The translations under genes were made by a program, and so were the position numbers. This document shows, one piece after another, positions 57,105 to 64,000 of a stretch of 64,000 nt of DNA. The number at the start of each line of letters is the position of its first letter. Position 1 is the first letter of the stretch. Source of the DNA: a virus (lineage: Duplodnaviria > Caudoviricetes); the IMG/VR virus record IMGVR_UViG_3300021400_000347, positions 68,917-132,916 of that record; one strand, 5' to 3'. The notes under the pieces are model-generated. The model saw only the letters and a program-made list of their open reading frames with translations, searched no databases and had not been told where the DNA came from.

Positions 57105-60100
57105 CGCAGACGTATTGCTTGAAAAGGTAGAGGATCATGTAACTACTGTATCATGTTGCCCAACTGCTGACTGGTCGAGAGGTAAAACTCAGATGAAAGA
57201 GCAGATCATCGAAGACATTCGCAATGCTCCAACTGTTGGCGACTGGATTAGCGTTCAAGACAGGTTGCCGACTGGCGAATGTATTGCCTGTAGCGCGAAG
57301 TGGTTTGAGATGATAATCGGTTATATCTACAAGTCAAGGCTGAGTGATACAGGTTACGAGGCCGAAAATGAACACGAATGTTTGCGCGATGTCACCCATT
57401 GGATGCCCAAGCCACAACCACCAACTGGAGGAGTAAAATGATTATTTTTGATAATGAAATTGCCTATGAGATCCCTATTGACCTAAATACTGTATGGGGC
57501 ATTAATATCTACGACCACGATGGCTCAGAGGAGTTTGAAGTTATCCTAAAAGAGTTCGATGTATATACGTTTTCTACCGAGGGTTCGCGCGCGAAGCCCC
57601 TTACGCGCTGCTACTCCGTCGGTCCTACTGACATCGCCGCTTGGGCTAAAGGGAGGGTTCGCGCGTGAAGCTAAAGATTTTTGACTACGAAGGTATCGAC
57701 TACGAAACCAAATACGACCTAGAAGATATTGACCACATCACTTGTATTATTCTCACCGGAGATGAGTTTCTTCGCGTGTATCTAAAGGATGGGTCAGTTG
57801 TGGAACTTGACGCGGCCAGCTTCTCCAATAAGCCGCGCATTGAGAGCTATTTTGATGGAGTGGACGATATTCCTAATGATGAACTTTATGAGTGGAATCA
57901 GCGGCAGAAAGCACGTGTTTGGTATGGAGGTTAATAAGGATGAATAAGGTTCTACCTCTAGAAGATACTACGCGCGCGGAACCTATGTGGCTAGAACTGC
58001 GCAAAATGGGGGACTTTGTTTTCCCGCTTGAGCAGGTACAAAATGGACAGAAAGAAATTGCTTGGGATATGGATGAGAAGGAGAATCCTATTATTTACTT
58101 CCCGGGCAACTATGCCTTCTCTTGTGATACTTATGAAAAGTATTGGCGTTGTTGGAATAATAAACCAACCAATGAAGAACGAAAGAAAGTACGTTGGAAG
58201 TGAGAATTATGGAAGAACTAAAGTTTAATATTTATCTAGACGATGTTGTTTGTGTTGCGAAGGAAGTTCCCGGCGCTTACCTGAGCGTATTTATTGATGC
58301 GCTAACACAGAAGTACTGGGAAGAGTGTAAGATTGGAGAACTGACTATCCGAATTGATTCTGTAGAGGTGAATAAGAATGAGTATTAAGGATATTTATGA
58401 TCATTTTAACGAGGCTTTTCTATGGGCGCAGGATTGCGGCAACCAGTACGTTGAGGTTAATATTGACGAGCTAAACGCAGTTCTACTTTATCTTGAGGAT
58501 CATTGGGACGAGAATTGGAATGTCGATTAAAGTTTGTAAAATACACAATTGTCAGTTTGAATGGGTGCGTGTGGGTCAGTCTTTTTACTATAAATGCCCT
58601 CAGTGTTTATTGACTCATGTTTCGCGCGCGGCCGATACTGATGAAGAAGAGGAGTGGGATTATGAAGATAGATGAGCTTCCCGTTCCCCCTCGTTCTACT
58701 TTGGTGATGCCAGATGAGAATATGACTAATTTTAGTGAAGAATTAAATAAAATTGTTGATGACATAAACGCACTTTATAAGCATCACACTTGTGCGACTT
58801 GTGGCAAAATTACTCTTGATTTGTATGCTCATACTTGGTTTGATAAGAATAAAGAGCATATGTATGTCGGTTTAGTTTGTGGTGATTGTAAAGATTTCCT
58901 AATGGGATATGAAGTGGTGATGGATGAATGAGATTGATTGATGCAGATAAACTTTTAGAAAAGATGGAACACCGGCGCGATTATGTCGGACGCCCATCCG
59001 ATCCTATTTGCTTAATTGAAGACGCACCAACCGTGGCGGTTCAGTGTAAGGATTGTATTCATTATGGCCATATGGATGGAAAAGAAATTGTATTTCCAGA
59101 TTATGTCTGCCCTTGTCAATGTGATGATTATTGGTATTCTTGGCTACCACCCCCGGATTGGTTTTGTGCAGATGGCGAAGCAGGCCCAACTGATTGTGAA
59201 TGGGAGGTAGAATAATGAGACCAATTGATGCTGATACAATGAAAACGGATATTAAAGTAAGTCCTTGGGCCGCGCCTGAAGAGATTAAGAGAGCAGAACT
59301 TATTAAAGAATGGATTGATGCGCGACCGACGATAGATATATGTGATGTTGTTTCTCTAGACCCCGTGTATCCAACTCCAGTTCACGACGTACTGGCACCT
59401 AGTGGTATAGCTTATACCTGCAATCGTTGTGGTGTCACAGTTATCAGACGATATAATTACTGCCCAGTTTGTGGCCATAAAATAGATTGGAGTAAAGTAT
59501 ATGGAAGCTGATGTAACCGATGCCCTCACTCATTGTAGCACTCGGATGAAATATCCTGACATGGTAAGTTGTAATGGATGTCCTTATCATCATGTCGAAC
59601 CTAACTGTTGGACACAGCTTTTTGATGATGCGCTCAAGCTCATTCGCGCGCAGGAGCGTATGATTGACATTAATGAGAGGTATATTCACGAAGCAACTGT
59701 ACTTATGGATGAAATTGTTGGCAGAAAAAATTGACTTTTCTCAAAAATTTTGATATAATAGATATGGAAAGTGAGAAAGGAGCAAATTGATATGCCTAAC
59801 TATGAAGAGGTTATGAAAGCTTTGGAAATGTGTACCGAGTCGCGTCCTAACTGTCCTGATTGTCCTTACTTCGGTGCTGCGGCCCAATGTAGCCTGGAAA
59901 TGGTGAAGGACGCGCTTACTTTATTGAGGGAGTATAGTAAAAATGGATGACGCATTTTATGCCGCACTCGCGCTGGGACTATTTATGATTGTGGTACTTG
60001 GCTTATGGATGTGGGTGATTGGAAACTATGACGATTGATAGAGAAAACGTAATTCGTGACTTAGAAAACTTGGGAGCATGGCATACTCATCATTACGCAC

Positions 60101-60337
60101 CTTTTCATTATGAAGCGGCAGAGACAATTCATAATGCCCTTGTTCTACTAAGGGAGCAAGAACCTCAGCCTGCCAAATGGCTTTGGGATAGACCGCACCA
60201 TTTTAAGTGTTCCAACTGTGAATGGTTTGCTGGTGTATCAGCCACAATGTATTCATTTTGTCCTAATTGTGGCAGGAAGATGGAAATGACTGTGGGAGAA
60301 CTAAGGAAAGAGTGGCCAAATGCGGAGGTAGTAGCGT

Positions 60338-60757
60338 ATGAATGACTCTCACCTGTTTAAGGCCGCACGAGAAGCCAGCCGTGCGGCCGATTACACTGGG
60401 TATAATGCTGTAAAAATTGGATGCGTCGTTGCCTACAAGGGTACTATCCTTGCGAAGGGATGTAATAGCGATAGAACGCATCCTACGCAGGAAAAGTACA
60501 ATATTTATAGATATAAGGATGTAGGCAATCGTTATCTTCCGTCTAAGATCCACAGTGAAGTGGCGGCTCTACGGAAGATACGCTATCTCGACATCGACTT
60601 TTCGCGCGTCCATGTTTATATCTACCGAGAGCTTCGTGATGGGACTCCTGCTCCCGCACGGCCATGCCCCGCTTGTATGGCGTATTTGCGCGAACTCGGT
60701 GTAAAGCACGTCCATTATACTACCGATATGGGCGTGGCACATGAGGTGATTAAATGA
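60338..60757 (+). CDS. Zn-dependent cytidine/dCMP-type deaminase
   Basis: HSE ... PCPAC motif. Confidence 0.8.
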   Translation: MNDSHLFKAAREASRAADYTGYNAVKIGCVVAYKGTILAKGCNSDRTHPTQEKYNIYRYKDVGNRYLPSKIHSEVAALRKIRYLDIDFSRVHVYIYRELRDGTPAPARPCPACMAYLRELGVKHVHYTTDMGVAHEVIK

Positions 60758-62067
60758 GATTTAAAAAGAAACCTGTTATTGTTGAAGCGATTCAATGGCT
60801 TGGAAATAATTTTAGCCAAGTTCATGATTTTTGTCCTGTCTGTTTTATGGATGAGGGTTTCCTATGTATTAGCACTCTTGAGGGCGTAATGCGCGCGAAC
60901 CCTAGAAGTTGGATTATTCGTGGTGTTAAAGGTGAATACTATCCTTGCCGAGAAGATGTATTCTATGATACCTATGAGATGGAGGAATAATAGATATGGA
61001 TCTTGGGGCATTTATGTTTGGCGAGAATAAAATGGTAAGTAAGTATGTGCGCGAAAATTTTGGCGTAGTTCCGCACTATCGTGGAGTACGGTTTATGAAG
61101 TTTGAAACCCCGCAAGTATGTAAGAATCGGGGCGCACAATCTGCCATGTTTGCGCAGTATTGTGGTCAAGATGTTATTTACTTCCATATCTATGATGATG
61201 GCGCGGACAATAAAGTTGACGAATGGTGTTCAAATTATTGCGCATTTTTCCTAAATGCTGTACAGGACCAAGAGAATCCAGACTATAAAGATTATTATTT
61301 TCGAGCGCCTCAAACTCCTGACTATGAATTTGTTTGTAATGGAATTAAAAATGGAGAGATTTAATGAACAAACAAGATTATATTGAGTACGAGTATCAAC
61401 TCGATGTTGCTCGTGCGCAACTACCACTAACATTAGCACAATTACGGGATCCTCATTATACTGATAATAATAGAAATATGGTTGGATTTCTTGAGAGAAA
61501 AGGTAAGAAACCAGAAGCTTGTATTGTCGGAATGAGTATGCCTGGAATTTATGGAGTACAATTAGTCAATGGTGCTATGAACTTTTATTTTGAAAAAGAG
61601 TATAATAAATCATGGCGTATTTGGAAGATGCCTATTGAATCAGATTTTCCATGGATTGAAGATAAAGGAGAAGAAGTATGATTATTAAGTATTTTATCAA
61701 TAAGGAAGAGCGGACAGTAGTCTGCGTGCTAGAACAGTGCGAGTATGACTTTGTTGACTTTGTGAACCGCCTGGATAATCCGCTAACGTATGCTCCCCCT
61801 CGCTTTTCATATCGCATGCCACGAACATTCCGCGGTCGCGCACAGTGCTCAGAGGAAGATACTTGGGACGAGGAGTACGGTAAGCGGCTTGCCTATCATC
61901 GCGCAAAGAACGCGCACGATAAGAGTCTATTTAATCGTTGTAATAAGCTTATGAATTATATTGATAAGAAGTCTGACGAACTTGCAGATACACTTGCTCT
62001 ATTTGGCCATAAGCTTAGCCGCAACTTCGAGCGGCGTGAGAAGGCACTTAAAATTGAGTAAAAAAAA

Positions 62068-62097
62068 TAAGAGGGGCTCATGCCCCTCTTTTTTTTA
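62068..62097. terminator. Bidirectional terminator between convergent blocks
   Basis: A-tract, AAGAGGGGC-TCAT-GCCCCTCTT, T-tract. Confidence 0.8.
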
Positions 62098-63612
62098 TCT
62101 AAAAATCTTGGATAAGAAACCTTTATTTTCAATCTTTTCGCGCAATTCCTTAACTTCTTCGCGCAATTCTTTCACCTGATCAAACAACATTTGAATAACG
62201 TCATCTTCAGGTGTCTCGTCTACGGTTTCGTCTTCTGGATCTTGTGGTTTCTCTTCTCCCTTCTCTTGAGTCTTAAGTAGAATCTCCCAAGTCGCGGGAC
62301 CAACAAGACCATCTACAGTTAGTCCGCGATCTTTCTGGAAGGCTTGCACGGCGGTTTGAGTCTTAGAACCAAACTTACCGTCGGCAACGCCGCAGTCATA
62401 GCCTAAACCGTTCAAAATCTGTTGTAATTGCATAACCTCTTCGCCAGAAGAGCCTTTCTTTAGGGTTGCCATGCTAATCACCTCTCCACTTTCTTTAATT
62501 TCAATTTCATTATATAGTCCTTTTGGAATAGCAAAATGCGTCCATGCCTTATCGCTCGTGCGCCCCGTCTATACACCGACTTGGCAGTGAATAATATTTC
62601 CATCACCAATATGTAATCCTGTATGCGCCATACGGCCGAGGCTATTTTTTTGGAATACACAGCATACAACATTTGGCATGTCTTTAATTTTTCCTTGCTT
62701 CATCCAGTTACGTGTTGTATTATACTATGTAGTTGCGCCGCCGCCACTAATTTCAATGCCGGCTTGCTTTAAACAATAATAAGTAAAGCCGCGGCAATCA
62801 AAAATAAGTTGCCCTTGATGCTTACATCCTTCGCAGCTTGTGGCTTTGCTTTTAGGATTAAGTACTTGGCATCCAGTAACAATAGTTGGATGTTCTGCGC
62901 GAATGCGGCGACGCCTATTAGAAGGAGTACATTCTTCGCCCCATGCGCCATAGACATAGGGGAAGCCCATACAGGCTTTCGCAGTTTCAATAACTTTATC
63001 TACTTTTTCATTTAAAGAAATTACTTCTTCCCCATTACCATAATCGCGCACAAGTTTAGTGCCAGGGTAATAGAATTTTAAGATTTGTAAATAATTTTGT
63101 CCATGCTGACCCGCATATCTTGCGCCACGCTAACTCATACCTACTCCGTGGCCAGTGCGTCCAGTCCCAGCTGATGCGTCCCAAATATCGTATTGCGCGA
63201 TCAGGTATGCGCGCGCACCGCCCCAGCGTTCTTTGGAGGAAACAGTATATCCTCCATTGCTCGCAGAGAAGACGGCAATTATTGGCTTTCCACCATAGGT
63301 AAGAATCTGACCCGCAGTAGCCATAGTGGCATCAATACAAGTTTGATACTTGCTATTGTACCTATTCGCGCGATAAGCTTGCGCTGTGGAAGAAGAGTCA
63401 GAAATTACTTTTCCATGTAATACTCCACGCGCGACTGCGAAAGTACGGCTGGCTACTGCCTATGCGCGGCATCCCTAGGAGCCGCCCGAAGCGAATTCTG
63501 AGGCGACTACAGCCGCGACATATTCCTCAAATTCAACCTCTACGATGTCATCAATTGCGCAATTAAAGAAGGTCGCGTTCTCTTGACGAGTAATTTTAAC
63601 TTTGATTTTCAC
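62095..63612 (-). CDS. Multi-domain endolysin: SpoIID/LytB + NlpC/P60 + peptidoglycan-binding domain (TAG-recoded)
   Basis: EEYVAAVVASE, A*AVASRTFA and GHGVGMS*RGA (SpoIID); PYVYGA, FDCRG, HTGL (NlpC/P60); LKKGSSG..V..LQ..L...GY....ADG.FG..T..AV..FQ (PG-binding). One frame from GTG 63612 to TAA 62095. Confidence 0.85.
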
Positions 63613-63798
63613 TGAAATCACCTCGCATATGTTGCTACTAGAGTGTAATGGTACTCACCCCAATCATAACTTTTTTAAGCGGACGGAGAAAAAACAGGAT
63701 ATTTATAGTAGATGGAATACAGTTAATTAGATAGAATGAAATCTTCTTCATTCTTATTGGAGTAAAATATGCGCGAAAGCGCGAAGGAGGTAAAGGTT

Positions 63799-64000
63799 AT
63801 GGCGGAAGAAAAAATATTAAACCCTGAATTAAAGACATGGGTTGCTGGCGAAGAAATAACCGAAGATAAGTTAAATAGTATTGAAACCCGTATTTCTAAT
63901 ATTATTACAGCTTTGAGTTCTTCACAATATAATTTCACAGAATCGCCTGAGTTAATTTCTACATTAACAACTATAAAGAATAAGATTGGTAACACCGATA
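63799..64000 (+). CDS. Partial ORF, possible baseplate/tail-fibre protein
   Basis: AAGGAGG RBS; TWVAGEEITEDKLNSIE N-terminal motif of the kind seen in tail/baseplate proteins. Confidence 0.45.
   Translation, partial: MAEEKILNPELKTWVAGEEITEDKLNSIETRISNIITALSSSQYNFTESPELISTLTTIKNKIGNTD

Larger units (their letters stand above)
51792..62061 (+). other. Operon-like run of many small middle genes (Zn-ribbon, DUF551-like, hypothetical)
   Basis: Tightly overlapping ORFs with RBSs; recurring CxxC...YCPxCG and MRLIDAD / WISVxxRLP...HWMP motifs. Confidence 0.8.

Overview
Part of a large tailed dsDNA phage genome, probably infecting a Clostridia-type Firmicute (inferred from sigmaA promoters, strong Shine-Dalgarno sites and Clostridia-type operator motifs). 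The phage uses an alternative genetic code in which TAG reads as Gln. Bases 1-23.6 kb (minus strand) hold the virion operon: a >3,000-aa tape measure protein, tail tube, head-tail proteins, major capsid, protease/scaffold, portal and terminase. Most of these genes are intact only if TAG is read through. Bases 24-49.5 kb are a GC-richer early-like region of small genes, most with their own consensus TTGACA-N17-TATAAT promoter, diverging from a centre at about 35.6 kb, with mirror-ordered paralog families and four tRNAs. The spacers of this region are packed with repeated sites resembling operators of several different host regulators: 20 DnaA boxes, Rex-type, HisR-type and DtxR-type palindromes, a CtsR-like repeat and PhoP/WalR-like repeats. 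They also hold many promoters with no ORF. I interpret this as a possible multi-target DNA decoy (sponge) array for host transcription and replication factors, and it is the main candidate for an undescribed system. Bases 49.7-64 kb hold a recoded SF2 helicase-like gene beside an origin-like region, a run of small middle genes, and a recoded multi-domain endolysin. Functional calls and operator consensus matches come from motifs read by eye and recalled knowledge; no searches were run, and motif counts are manual.
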